Source of the DNA: an uncultured Planctomycetaceae bacterium
GTDB taxonomy: Bacteria; Planctomycetota; Planctomycetia; Planctomycetales; Planctomycetaceae
Assembly: GCA_964427725.1 (NCBI GenBank)
Contig: CAYRVS010000007.1
Span: forward strand, 7,255-71,254
Length of the DNA stretch: 64,000 nt
Direction of reading: 5' to 3'
The notes under the pieces are model-generated. The model had not been told where the DNA came from. It saw only the letters and a program-made list of their open reading frames with translations, and ran no database searches. Shown here piece after piece: positions 29,128 to 38,119 of the stretch (position 1 is its first letter; every line of letters begins with the position of its first letter). A program made the position numbers and the translations under genes.

Positions 29128-30579
29128 TCAGGTCGCGATTGAGGGAGCGGTCTCCGTCCGCATCACCGTCATCGTGCGCCATTTCCCTTGCTGGAACCGG
29201 CCGAGGTAGATGAAGCCGAGCCAGATGACGTAGCCGGCGCAGATCGACCAGCTCCCGAAGAGGTTGGGGCCGTAGTACCGCCACAAGAGGTACGTCGGGG
29301 CGACCAGGATCAGCCACGCCGACAGGAACGAGACGAGCATCGCGAACCGGGTGTCCCCCGCGCCGCGGATCGCCGAGCCGAAGATGATCGCCATCGCGTC
29401 GAAGAACGAATAGATGGCGACGAACCGCAGCAGGACGACGACGACGTCGTACACGCCGGCGAACTCGGCGGGATCGGCCTTCGCGGCATAAGGAATCAGC
29501 AGCAGATTCGGCAGACCGACATAGATCGCGCCGAAGGCGAGCATGTAGCCCCCCGCAAGGGCGAAGCCTTTCCAGGTCGATTGGCCGGCGATGTCGGGCC
29601 GGCCTTCGCCGATCCGTTGGCCGACGAGGGTGGAGACGGCGATCCCCACGCCGATCACGGGAATGAAGGCGAGCGTGTTGAGGTTGAAGGCGATGTTGGT
29701 CGCCGCGAGTTCCCGTTCGCCGATCCAGCCGACGATCATCATGAAGGCCGCGAAGCCCGCGACGTCGATGAACATCTGCAGGCCGCTGGGACCGCCGAAC
29801 TTCACCAGGTCGAGCATCAACCCGCGGTCGATCCGCCAATGGGTGTGAAAGGGATAACGGGCGATGGTCGCGGGGTTGAACATCAGCAGCCCGAACAGCA
29901 GCACCGACAGCGTGCTGCCGAAGACGTCGGTCATGGCGGCCCCGGCGATGCCCCACTCGGGAATCGGCCCCCAGCCGAAGATGAAGACGTAGTCGAGGAC
30001 GGCGTTGATGCCGACGCAGACGACGTTGACGAGCAGCACCACGTTGGTCTTGCCGCGGCCGCTGAAGAAGGCGGACATCGCGGTGTTCAGAATCGCGGGG
30101 ATCCCGCCCAGACACAGCCAGCGGAAGTAGACCGCCTCGAGGGGGGCGATGGTCGGACCGTGACCGATGGCGGCGAAGATCCCGTCCGCGAAGGGGATCA
30201 TCAGCATCAGGAGCGCGCCGGCGATGACGGAGAAATAGAGTCCCTGCCAAACCGCGGCGGCGACACGATCGGGCTTGCCGGCCCCGTCGTACTGTGCGAC
30301 GAAGGTGTTGACGTACGACGCCATGCCGAAGGCGAAGCTGAGGCAGGTCCAATAGAGCATGCCGGCGGGCAACGCCGCGGCGAGTTCATCGCGGGAATGC
30401 CAAGTGAGGAAGACGCGGTCGATGACGTGCATCAGCGACTGCGTGGCGGCGGAGAGCATCAGCGGGACGGCGATCGCGAGGAGCTCGCCATAACTCCCGG
30501 CGGGATGGGCGCTCAGCGTCGTACGCGTCTCCGGAACCGAGTCTTCGGAGGGGGCGGCGCGCTCGGTGACGGCGGACAT
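29128..30579 (-). CDS. MATE-family efflux transporter
   Basis: The track ORF is trimmed to the ATG at 30579 (MSAVTERAAP...), giving 483 aa. It has 12 hydrophobic segments and a LAIAVPLMLSAATQSLMHVIDRVFL opening typical of MATE/NorM proteins. Confidence 0.85.
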   Translation of the reverse strand: MSAVTERAAPSEDSVPETRTTLSAHPAGSYGELLAIAVPLMLSAATQSLMHVIDRVFLTWHSRDELAAALPAGMLYWTCLSFAFGMASYVNTFVAQYDGAGKPDRVAAAVWQGLYFSVIAGALLMLMIPFADGIFAAIGHGPTIAPLEAVYFRWLCLGGIPAILNTAMSAFFSGRGKTNVVLLVNVVCVGINAVLDYVFIFGWGPIPEWGIAGAAMTDVFGSTLSVLLFGLLMFNPATIARYPFHTHWRIDRGLMLDLVKFGGPSGLQMFIDVAGFAAFMMIVGWIGERELAATNIAFNLNTLAFIPVIGVGIAVSTLVGQRIGEGRPDIAGQSTWKGFALAGGYMLAFGAIYVGLPNLLLIPYAAKADPAEFAGVYDVVVVLLRFVAIYSFFDAMAIIFGSAIRGAGDTRFAMLVSFLSAWLILVAPTYLLWRYYGPNLFGSWSICAGYVIWLGFIYLGRFQQGKWRTMTVMRTETAPSIAT

Positions 30580-30730
30580 CAAGACGGAACCTTGCAGCGG
30601 CGGTCGGCATGACCGCGTAGCGGTCGTTATCGCCCAGGGGTCCGCTGGGGACAACCTTCGCGCGGGGGAAGTTCGCGGGATTGATGGGAAATTGTTGTGC
30701 GGTCTCGCGGCAGGTGCGCGATGCGCGCGC

Positions 30731-30762
30731 AGATGCCCAGGGAAGGCCTTCCCTGGGCATCT
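30731..30762. repeat. 32-nt perfect palindrome AGATGCCCAGGGAAGGCCTTCCCTGGGCATCT
   Basis: Read directly. It sits between the lipoprotein-gene stop (30781) and the MATE start (30579), both on the minus strand. Confidence 0.8.
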
Positions 30763-30780
30763 TGAGCATCACGATACCGG

Positions 30781-31062
30781 TTACTTGTAACCCAGATTCC
30801 GTTCGATCGCGCGGGCCTCGTCGGACATCAGCCACGGTTTGAGAGGGTCGTGTTCATCTTCGAGCGCGCGGTTGCCGCGGGCCTCCTTACCAACGAAGCT
30901 CCAGCGATCGACCGGAGCGTCGACGTCGGGTTCCGATTGCTTGGGCGGGCCGCCGCCGAGTTTCTCGCCCAGCCCCTTGCCGCCGAAGGTCTGACACCCG
31001 GCGGGGATGGCGCACAGCCCGGCGACCACCAGGGACCACCCAATCCAGCGTGCGACGATCAT
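30781..31062 (-). CDS. Small putative lipoprotein
   Basis: 93 aa. MIVARWIGWSLVVAGLCAIPAGC is a signal peptide plus a lipobox-like Cys. I recognise no family. Confidence 0.45.
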   Translation of the reverse strand: MIVARWIGWSLVVAGLCAIPAGCQTFGGKGLGEKLGGGPPKQSEPDVDAPVDRWSFVGKEARGNRALEDEHDPLKPWLMSDEARAIERNLGYK

Positions 31063-31276
31063 CGCGCGACCCTTTCCGACGTACGGACCCGAACCGAAGC
31101 CGGGTTATCTCCGTCCAGGAGAGGGACGTCGAGCGGAATCGTGAGTCTACGCCGACCATCACGCCGGGAATCGCGAAAGTCCGATCCCCAACGGCAAGTT
31201 CTGCGGGATCACGTCCGGCGACCACGAGAAACCATCGTCTCAGGATTCGTCATCAGCCGGCGGCATCTCTTCGGCA

Positions 31277-34069
31277 CTACTTGGGCTTCGCTTCCTCCGC
31301 CGCCGCTTCCGTGGCAGCTTTTGCCTTGGCGAAATCGCCCGCGACCGCGACGAAGAGCTTCGCGGGGTCAATGTGTTTGCGGAAGGTGTTGACGACGTCC
31401 TCGGTGGTGAGCGCCGCGATGGCCGCTTCCTGTTGGGCGATGTAGTCCATCGTCCGGCCGGTGTAGAGGAGCTCCTCCCAGATGCGCGCCAGGGTGGGGT
31501 CCTCGGTTCGGGAGACTTCCTGACCTTGCAGGTAACCCTGCCGGGCCGCTTCGAGTTCCGCTTCGGTGACCCCCTCCTTCAGAAGCCGGACCAACTCTTC
31601 GCGGATCGCGGTCCGCACCTTCTCGATGTTGGCGGGGTTGGTGATCGCATACAGCGACAGCGACGCCCGCTCATCGAGCGAATTCGCGCGGAAGACCGAG
31701 CCGACGCCGTACGACAAGCCTTCCTGCTGCCGCACGCGATCCCCCAGCCGCGAGGAGAGGGCCCCCGCCCCGAAGATGTAGTTGGCGATCACCATCGCCG
31801 GGTAATCGGGATGCAAGTCGCTCATCGGGACGACTTGGCCCCCGAAGTAGAAGGCGTTCGCCTTGTCGGGGGTTTCGAGCTTCACAAGACGTTCCTCGGG
31901 AAGCGGGAAATCGGCCCGCCGCGGAATCCGCTGATAGGGCTGCTTCGCCGTCCAGTCGGCCAGCATCTCGCGCAGGGTCGCCAACGTGGCGTCGGGATCG
32001 AAGTCACCGACCACGCTGATTTGCCCCGCCTGCGTCCCCAGGAACTCGGCGTGCAGTCGCTTGATCGCCGCGAGATCCAACTCATCGAGCAGCTTGAGTT
32101 CTTCCTCGATCGTCGGGATGTACCGGACATCGTTGGCGGGATAGGGGCTCAACGTTCGCTGCACGGTCCGCACCGCCAGCGACTGCGGATCGGTGAGTCC
32201 CTGTTCGAGATCGGACCGCGATTGCCGCCGCAGGACTTCGAGTTCCGCCTTCGGCAACGAGGGCTCGCGAAGAATCTGTTGCAGAATCCCGAGCGCCACG
32301 GGGAGCTTGTCGCGCTTGGTCTGAATCAGGAACGTCGCCTGACCGGCTTCGCCGGAACCGCGCAACGTGGCGAGGTTCTGATCGAGCTGATCTTGAATCT
32401 GTTGCCGCGTAAGCTGCTTGGTCCCGCGGGTCATCAAGACCGGGAGGAACTCCGCCGCCTTGGTCAGTCCCGTCAGGTTCTCCAGGCCGCCGTACCGCAG
32501 CGTGAGCCGCAGGATGACGGTTTCGCCGCGGGTCTTCTTGGGGACGAACGCCACGTCGAGCCCGCCGATTTTGTGGCGGACCGTGCGGGCCTGGATGTTC
32601 GCCGGCGAGACATCGAACGCCTCGCCGACCGAGGCCGATTCCCGCCCCTTGTAGTCGCCGATCATTTCCGCGAGCGAGGGGGTCGCGGGAATCGTGGTCC
32701 GTTGGGGCTGCTCGGTGGGGATGTAGAGACCGACGGTGCGATTGCTCGCCGGCAAATAGGCCCGGGCCACGCGGTTCACGTCCTCGACCGTGACCTGTTC
32801 CAGCCGATCGCGATAGAGGAAATAGAGCCGCCAGTCCCCTTGCGCGGCCCACTCGCTCAACTCGACCGCGAGTTCCGCGGTATCGGCGGCGGAGAGCTCC
32901 CGTTGCTTGAGGAGTCGCTGCTTTGCGCGATCGACCTCTTCCGCCGTCACGCCGCGATCCATGACCAGATCGAGCGTATCGATCAGCGTATCGAGGACCG
33001 CCTCGGGCGAATTCCCCGCGACGACTTCCGCCATCAAGCGAATCACGCCGGGATCGTGCCAGGCGAATGCCGCTCCGGAAATGTCCGAGGCTTTCTTCTG
33101 TTCGACGAGGGCTTTGTACAACCGCCCGGCGGGCTGCGCGGTGAGGATCGATTCGAGGACGTCGATCGCGGGGAAGTCGGGGCTGGCGCCCGCCGGGATG
33201 TGATAGACCGCGCCGACGACCGAGACGTCCCCCACGCGGCGCAGCGTCACCATCCGCTCGCCGTCCTGCGCGGGTTCTTCGGTGTAGGTCGGGTCGAGGA
33301 CGCGGTCGGGCTTGGGGATCGACCCGAAATACCGCTCGATGTACCCGCGGGCCTTCGCTTCATCGAACCGCCCGGCGACGACCAGCATCGCGTTGTCGGG
33401 CTGATAGTACTTCACATAGAACTTCTTGAGGTTCTCGATCGGCACCCGCTCGATGTCGGCCCGGTTGCCGATGGTCGACTTGCCGTAGTTATGCCACTCG
33501 TAAGCGGTCGCCATCATTCGTTGACCGAGAACGTACGCGGGGGAGTTCTCGCCCCGCTCGAACTCGTTGCGGACGACCGTCATTTCCGAGACGAGGTCTT
33601 CCCCTTTGACGTAGCTGTTGATCATCCGGTCGGCTTCGAGTTTTAGCGCGAATTCCAGGTTCTCGTCGCTCGCGGGGAGGGTCTCGTAATAGTTGGTCCG
33701 GTCGACCCACGTCGTACCGTTGTAATCGGCCCCGCGGGCCTGCAATGCCTTGGGGATGGTCGGGTGATCGGGGGTTCCCTTGAAGAGCATGTGCTCGAGC
33801 AAATGGGCCATCCCGGCTTCGCCGTAACCCTCATGCCGCGACCCGACGAAGACCGTCAGGTTGACGGTGACGGTCGGCTTGGAGGGATCGGGAAAGAGCA
33901 GCACCTTCAGGCCGTTGGGAAGGTGGTATTCGGTGATGCCTTCGATGGTGGTGATCGTCATAAGCCGAGGTGCTTCCGCTCCCTGAAGGGCCGCCAGTGG
34001 CCGGCCGAAGATGGTCGCGAGCATCAGGGTGCCCCAGAGGGCTCGCGCACGGGAAAACCAAGACATCAC
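31277..34069 (-). CDS. M16 (pitrilysin/insulinase) family zinc peptidase, double-length (four M16 half-domains)
   Basis: 930 aa with a signal peptide. It has the inverted zinc motif GMAHLLEHMLFKG. Confidence 0.9.
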   Translation of the reverse strand: MMSWFSRARALWGTLMLATIFGRPLAALQGAEAPRLMTITTIEGITEYHLPNGLKVLLFPDPSKPTVTVNLTVFVGSRHEGYGEAGMAHLLEHMLFKGTPDHPTIPKALQARGADYNGTTWVDRTNYYETLPASDENLEFALKLEADRMINSYVKGEDLVSEMTVVRNEFERGENSPAYVLGQRMMATAYEWHNYGKSTIGNRADIERVPIENLKKFYVKYYQPDNAMLVVAGRFDEAKARGYIERYFGSIPKPDRVLDPTYTEEPAQDGERMVTLRRVGDVSVVGAVYHIPAGASPDFPAIDVLESILTAQPAGRLYKALVEQKKASDISGAAFAWHDPGVIRLMAEVVAGNSPEAVLDTLIDTLDLVMDRGVTAEEVDRAKQRLLKQRELSAADTAELAVELSEWAAQGDWRLYFLYRDRLEQVTVEDVNRVARAYLPASNRTVGLYIPTEQPQRTTIPATPSLAEMIGDYKGRESASVGEAFDVSPANIQARTVRHKIGGLDVAFVPKKTRGETVILRLTLRYGGLENLTGLTKAAEFLPVLMTRGTKQLTRQQIQDQLDQNLATLRGSGEAGQATFLIQTKRDKLPVALGILQQILREPSLPKAELEVLRRQSRSDLEQGLTDPQSLAVRTVQRTLSPYPANDVRYIPTIEEELKLLDELDLAAIKRLHAEFLGTQAGQISVVGDFDPDATLATLREMLADWTAKQPYQRIPRRADFPLPEERLVKLETPDKANAFYFGGQVVPMSDLHPDYPAMVIANYIFGAGALSSRLGDRVRQQEGLSYGVGSVFRANSLDERASLSLYAITNPANIEKVRTAIREELVRLLKEGVTEAELEAARQGYLQGQEVSRTEDPTLARIWEELLYTGRTMDYIAQQEAAIAALTTEDVVNTFRKHIDPAKLFVAVAGDFAKAKAATEAAAEEAKPK

Positions 34070-34247
34070 GCCTCACTCCTTGAGGGAACCGCCGCGGGAC
34101 CGGATCGCGTGATTCCCCACGCGATCGCTGGTCCGACACGCGGATTCCAAGTCGGAATCCTGACGCCGCGCGGACCCGAGACTTCGCTCCGCCGAACCCA
34201 CGCGACTGTTCAATATCGTAGCAGCGAGGAGCCATGTTGGGAACTTG

Positions 34248-34295
34248 GTCAGTTGTCAGTTGTCAGTTGTCAGTTGTCAGTTGTCAGTTGTCAGT
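34248..34295. repeat. Heptanucleotide microsatellite (GTCAGTT) x 6.9
   Basis: Six perfect GTCAGTT units (34248-34289) plus GTCAGT. It lies in the middle of the 345-bp divergent region between the M16 peptidase and BtpA genes. Confidence 0.9.
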
Positions 34296-34412
34296 CCATC
34301 GAAACCCCACGACATCCCTGAAGGATCTTCGCCTGCAGGCCTTTGCTACGGACCACGGACGATTTCCCTACGGTAGCCCCACTCGGTCCGCTATCGTGAT
34401 GCTGAGATACGC

Positions 34413-35270
34413 TTGGTATTTCCGGAACCGATCATGAGCGGCACCACGCCCGTCCTCCCGATCCCGCTGATCCCCGAATGGCGCGGCGTGCCGCACCCGA
34501 TCATCGGGATGCTGCATGCCCCGCCGCTGCCGGGTTCGCCGCGCTGTCGGCAGACGTGGTCCGAGATCGAAACCCATGTCTTGCGCGACGCCGCCGCGCT
34601 GATCGATGGGGGCGTCGATGGACTCATGCTCGAGAATTTCGGCGACACCCCGTTCTGCCCCGGCGCGGTCCCCCCCGTCACCAGCGCCGCGTTGACGCGG
34701 TTGGGGCTCGCCGTGCGACAACGGATCGCCAAGCCGCTGGGACTGAACGTGCTGCGGAACGACGCCGTCGCGGCGTTGTCGATCGCCACCGTGATCGGCG
34801 GATTGTGGATTCGCGTCAACGTCCTCAGCGGCACCCGCGTCACCGATCAGGGACTGATCACCGGACCGGCGTATGACCTGCTGCGGCTGCGCGCCACGCT
34901 GCGGGCCGAACACGTCAAAATCCTCGCCGATGTCGACGTCAAGCACTCCGCGCCGCTCGCGGCCCGCGCGCTCGCCGAAGAGACCGCGGAACTGGTCGAA
35001 CGGGCAGGTGCCGACGGCGTGATCGTCTCGGGCGCGGCGACCGGCCACCCCGTGAATTTGACCGATCTGCCGGAAGTCGCCGCCGCGTCGCAGGGCCGAC
35101 CCGTCTTCGTGGGGAGCGGTGTGCAACGCGAGACGGTGAATCGTTTGTTGCCGTTCTGTCACGGGCTGATCGTCGGCAGCAGCCTGAAGCAAGACGGCGT
35201 CTTGAGCGCGCCGGTCGACCCGTTGCGTGTGCGCGAACTCGTCGGGTTGGTGCGCGACAAGGCGCGCTGA
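34413..35270 (+). CDS. BtpA/SgcQ family TIM-barrel protein
   Basis: 285 aa (alternative ATG at 34434). GMLHAPPLPGSP...GVDGLMLENFGDTPF...LGLNVLRND...GVIVSGAATG match the BtpA family. Confidence 0.75.
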   Translation: MVFPEPIMSGTTPVLPIPLIPEWRGVPHPIIGMLHAPPLPGSPRCRQTWSEIETHVLRDAAALIDGGVDGLMLENFGDTPFCPGAVPPVTSAALTRLGLAVRQRIAKPLGLNVLRNDAVAALSIATVIGGLWIRVNVLSGTRVTDQGLITGPAYDLLRLRATLRAEHVKILADVDVKHSAPLAARALAEETAELVERAGADGVIVSGAATGHPVNLTDLPEVAAASQGRPVFVGSGVQRETVNRLLPFCHGLIVGSSLKQDGVLSAPVDPLRVRELVGLVRDKAR

Positions 35271-35365
35271 GAAGCCATGAGCGGGGGGGCGTCAGTCCCC
35301 CCGGTGATTGCGCGATGTGTGATCTATCACCGGGGGGACTCACGTCCCCCCGCTCGTGAAGCGCG

Positions 35366-36649
35366 CTACGACACGCCGAAGACCGTTTCGACGTTGCCGC
35401 GAAGCACCTGCTTGCCGAGCTCCACCGCGCGGGTTTCGCTCCACCCGCGATCCAGGACGAAGTCGTTCGCGAGCACCTTCCCCAGCGCCTGACGGTACAT
35501 CTGGAACTTCGGCCATGCGAATTCCAGTTTGTACATATCGCTATAGTAGCCGATCTGCTTGGTCCGCGGCGCGGCGGTCAACCGGGCCCGGGTATCGAGC
35601 TCGATATGACACGGGATATTCGAGTACCACCAGTGTCCATGCATCACCACGTTCGGGAAGATCCAACTGTAGCTCACCAACTCCTGATTGCTCGCCTGCG
35701 CGAGGACCGAAATGGGGAAGATCACCTGCGGAAAGTGATTGAAGAGCTCCTGATATTGAATCAGCGACACCCGCTGGTCGAAGAGGTCTTGTCCCTGATA
35801 CACGCCGTCGCGATAGACCCGCCGATTGACCCCGATCATCAGGTCGAACGGCAGCTTGTGCTCGGCGCAATATTCGGCCAGGGTCCAGAAGACGAACTCG
35901 CTCACCCGGGCCTGTTCGTCGGCCGATAGCGTCTCGTTCCCCAGCAGCTTCTGCAGCGGCGCGCGGACTTCATGCAGGCCGACGGGCCGCGGCGAAAACC
36001 ACGGCGGCAGCGAAATCGCGCACGCCTTCGCCTGATGCTTCACGAAGTGATGGAACAGGTGGCCGATCGCATCCTTCAGCGATTGCGTGTTGTGAAATTC
36101 GATCGACGTGGCCCGCGTTAACCGCTGCCGGACCTCCGGCTTCGCGAGATGAAACACCAGATCATCGGTCCGCAGGCAGGGGATGTACCGCGCGGTGTTG
36201 AAGCCGCTTAAGGGATCGTCAAAATCGTTCGTCAGAAAGACTTTCTCGATCCCGCTCGCCTCCAGACAGCGATCCTCCCAACCCGGGGCTTGCATCGTCG
36301 CGGCGGCGGCATCGTACAGTCGTTCCCAATTCCCCGGCGTGATGCGGTCGTCCTGAAAGCCGAAGAACTTTTGGCACAAGGCGACCAGCCAGCTCACCTG
36401 CACCGTGTTGTCGAGCTTGTCGAGCCATTCGACGAGCCTGCCGACCTTGGTCTTGGCGTCGAGGCCGGGCCCTTCGATCCGCGCTTTGGCGAGCCCCGCC
36501 GAGTGGGCCAGTTCGGTGTAGTAATGGTACCCCATGATGTCGGCGAGCGTCGTCGACGCCGGGCTGTGGGGGTTGATGTGCGTATGCGGATCGATGAGGA
36601 CCAGCCGATCGAGTTCGGCGGTGATCCGCCCGGCGAGTTCACGGGACAT
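35366..36649 (-). CDS. Uronate (glucuronate) isomerase-like amidohydrolase-fold protein
   Basis: 427 aa. IDPHTHINP (metal-binding HxH), GYHYYTELAHSAG and HGHWWYSN parallel the UxaC blocks DYHCHL, GDHYKWRAM and GSGWWFND. The assignment is tentative. Confidence 0.55.
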   Translation of the reverse strand: MSRELAGRITAELDRLVLIDPHTHINPHSPASTTLADIMGYHYYTELAHSAGLAKARIEGPGLDAKTKVGRLVEWLDKLDNTVQVSWLVALCQKFFGFQDDRITPGNWERLYDAAAATMQAPGWEDRCLEASGIEKVFLTNDFDDPLSGFNTARYIPCLRTDDLVFHLAKPEVRQRLTRATSIEFHNTQSLKDAIGHLFHHFVKHQAKACAISLPPWFSPRPVGLHEVRAPLQKLLGNETLSADEQARVSEFVFWTLAEYCAEHKLPFDLMIGVNRRVYRDGVYQGQDLFDQRVSLIQYQELFNHFPQVIFPISVLAQASNQELVSYSWIFPNVVMHGHWWYSNIPCHIELDTRARLTAAPRTKQIGYYSDMYKLEFAWPKFQMYRQALGKVLANDFVLDRGWSETRAVELGKQVLRGNVETVFGVS

Positions 36650-36915
36650 GGGTCGCGGCTTTCCAGCGGGTCGATCGGGGTTGATGTACGGCGTACGGCA
36701 GTGTCTCCCTCGCCGGAGGGGGAATCAAGCATCCGTCCGGCCCGCAGATTCACGCGGGGATCGGTCGGGTGGACTCGCGTTCGCCGTCATCCCAACCGGA
36801 GATCGGCCATGCCGCGAAGTTGGTGAGCGTCACCCCGGGCGTTATCGTCAATGGGAGATGGGATATCCCGGCGGGTGGAAGCCTGCCTGACCTCCATCAT
36901 CCACGGATCCATGGC

Positions 36916-37863
36916 ATGGCGCAGATCATCGACGTCATCGATTCGCATACCGCCGGGGAACCGACGCGCGTCGTCATCGGAGGTGGACCCGATTTGGGCG
37001 CGGGGCCCGCGACGGATCGGCTCGCCATCTTCCGCGAACATTGGGACCACTTCCGATCGGCGGTGGTCAACGAGCCGCGCGGGTCCGAGGTTCTGGTGGG
37101 GGCCCTGCTCTATCCGCCTGATGACGCCCGCTGCGTCACCGGCGTCCTCTTCTTCAACAACGTCGGGGTGTTGGGGATGTGCGGCCATGGCGCGATCGGT
37201 GTCGTCGAGACCCTGCGGTTTCTCGGTCGCTGCCCCGCCGGCGAGTTGCGGCTCGAAACCCCGGTCGGCGTCGTGACCGCCACGTCACATGCCGATGGCC
37301 GCGTCTCGATCGGCAACGTCCGCAGTCATCGCATGGCCCGGGATGTCCCCGTCACGCTGCACGACGGACGCACTTATCGCGGGGATGTCGCCTACGGCGG
37401 GAACTACTTTTATCTGGTGCGGGACGGGGCGCGCCCGACCCTGGAACTCGCTAATGTCGAGGCCTTGACGGAACTGGCTTGGGCCGTGCGTCAGGCGATC
37501 AACCAACAAGGCTATCCGCAGGTCGATCACGTCGAATTTTTCGGCCCCGGCATCGCGGGGGGGGACGCCCGCAACTTCGTCCTGTGTCCCGGGAAAGCCT
37601 ACGACCGCTCGCCCTGCGGCACCGGCACCAGCGCGAAACTCGCCTGTCTCGCGGCGGACGGCGAACTCGCCCCGGGCGAAATCTGGCGTCAGGAAAGCAT
37701 TCTGGGAACGATCTTCGAGGGCTCCTACACCCCTTGTCCGGAGGGCGAAGCCCAGGCCATACTCCCCCGCATCACCGGGCGAGCCTACATCACGGCCCGC
37801 TCGCAGTTGATCCTCGATGCCGCCGACCCGTTCGCGTGCGGCATCGGAGCGAAGCGCGGCTGA
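36916..37863 (+). CDS. Proline racemase family enzyme (4-hydroxyproline 2-epimerase or proline racemase; both catalytic Cys present)
   Basis: The track ORF is trimmed to the ATG at 36916 (MAQIIDVIDSHTAGEPTRVV), giving 315 aa. The catalytic contexts GMCGHG and DRSPCGTGTSA are both present. Confidence 0.8.
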   Translation: MAQIIDVIDSHTAGEPTRVVIGGGPDLGAGPATDRLAIFREHWDHFRSAVVNEPRGSEVLVGALLYPPDDARCVTGVLFFNNVGVLGMCGHGAIGVVETLRFLGRCPAGELRLETPVGVVTATSHADGRVSIGNVRSHRMARDVPVTLHDGRTYRGDVAYGGNYFYLVRDGARPTLELANVEALTELAWAVRQAINQQGYPQVDHVEFFGPGIAGGDARNFVLCPGKAYDRSPCGTGTSAKLACLAADGELAPGEIWRQESILGTIFEGSYTPCPEGEAQAILPRITGRAYITARSQLILDAADPFACGIGAKRG

Positions 37864-38119
37864 AGCCATCCCAGCATCATGAGGCGCGGCGTCCCCCGCC
37901 AGCGGGAGGCCCTCGCTCCACCCCGGTCAAGCCTCCGTTCGCACGGATCCCTCTCCGTAACGCCGTCACGAGGCGCGCGGCGAACCGATCCCCCCCAGAT
38001 TCGACATCGAACCACCCTCGGCTTCGCCGGGCAAGCATGCGTTTCTCATGCGGCGACTTGAACCTCCGGACACCGAATTCCGGAGATGGATCGATTGCGC
38101 CGCCCCGCAGCGGTCGACG

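Noticed and set aside
31373-33646. Other long antisense or alternative-frame ORFs: 31373..33646 (+), 12111..13805 (+), 21764..23242 (-), 38222..39664 (+), 51333..53018 (-), 53501..54991 (-), 55824..57122 and 57147..58556 (+), 5602..6690 (-), 10133..11134 (-), 29188..30612 (+)
   Set aside because: Each overlaps, on the opposite strand or in another frame, a gene with clear family motifs. All are Arg/Pro/Gly-rich with no motifs. I treat them as GC-driven artefacts.
34248-34295. Possible CRISPR array
   Set aside because: The unit is only 7 nt with no spacers, so it is a microsatellite. No other regularly spaced repeats of 24-40 nt and no cas genes were seen anywhere in the window.
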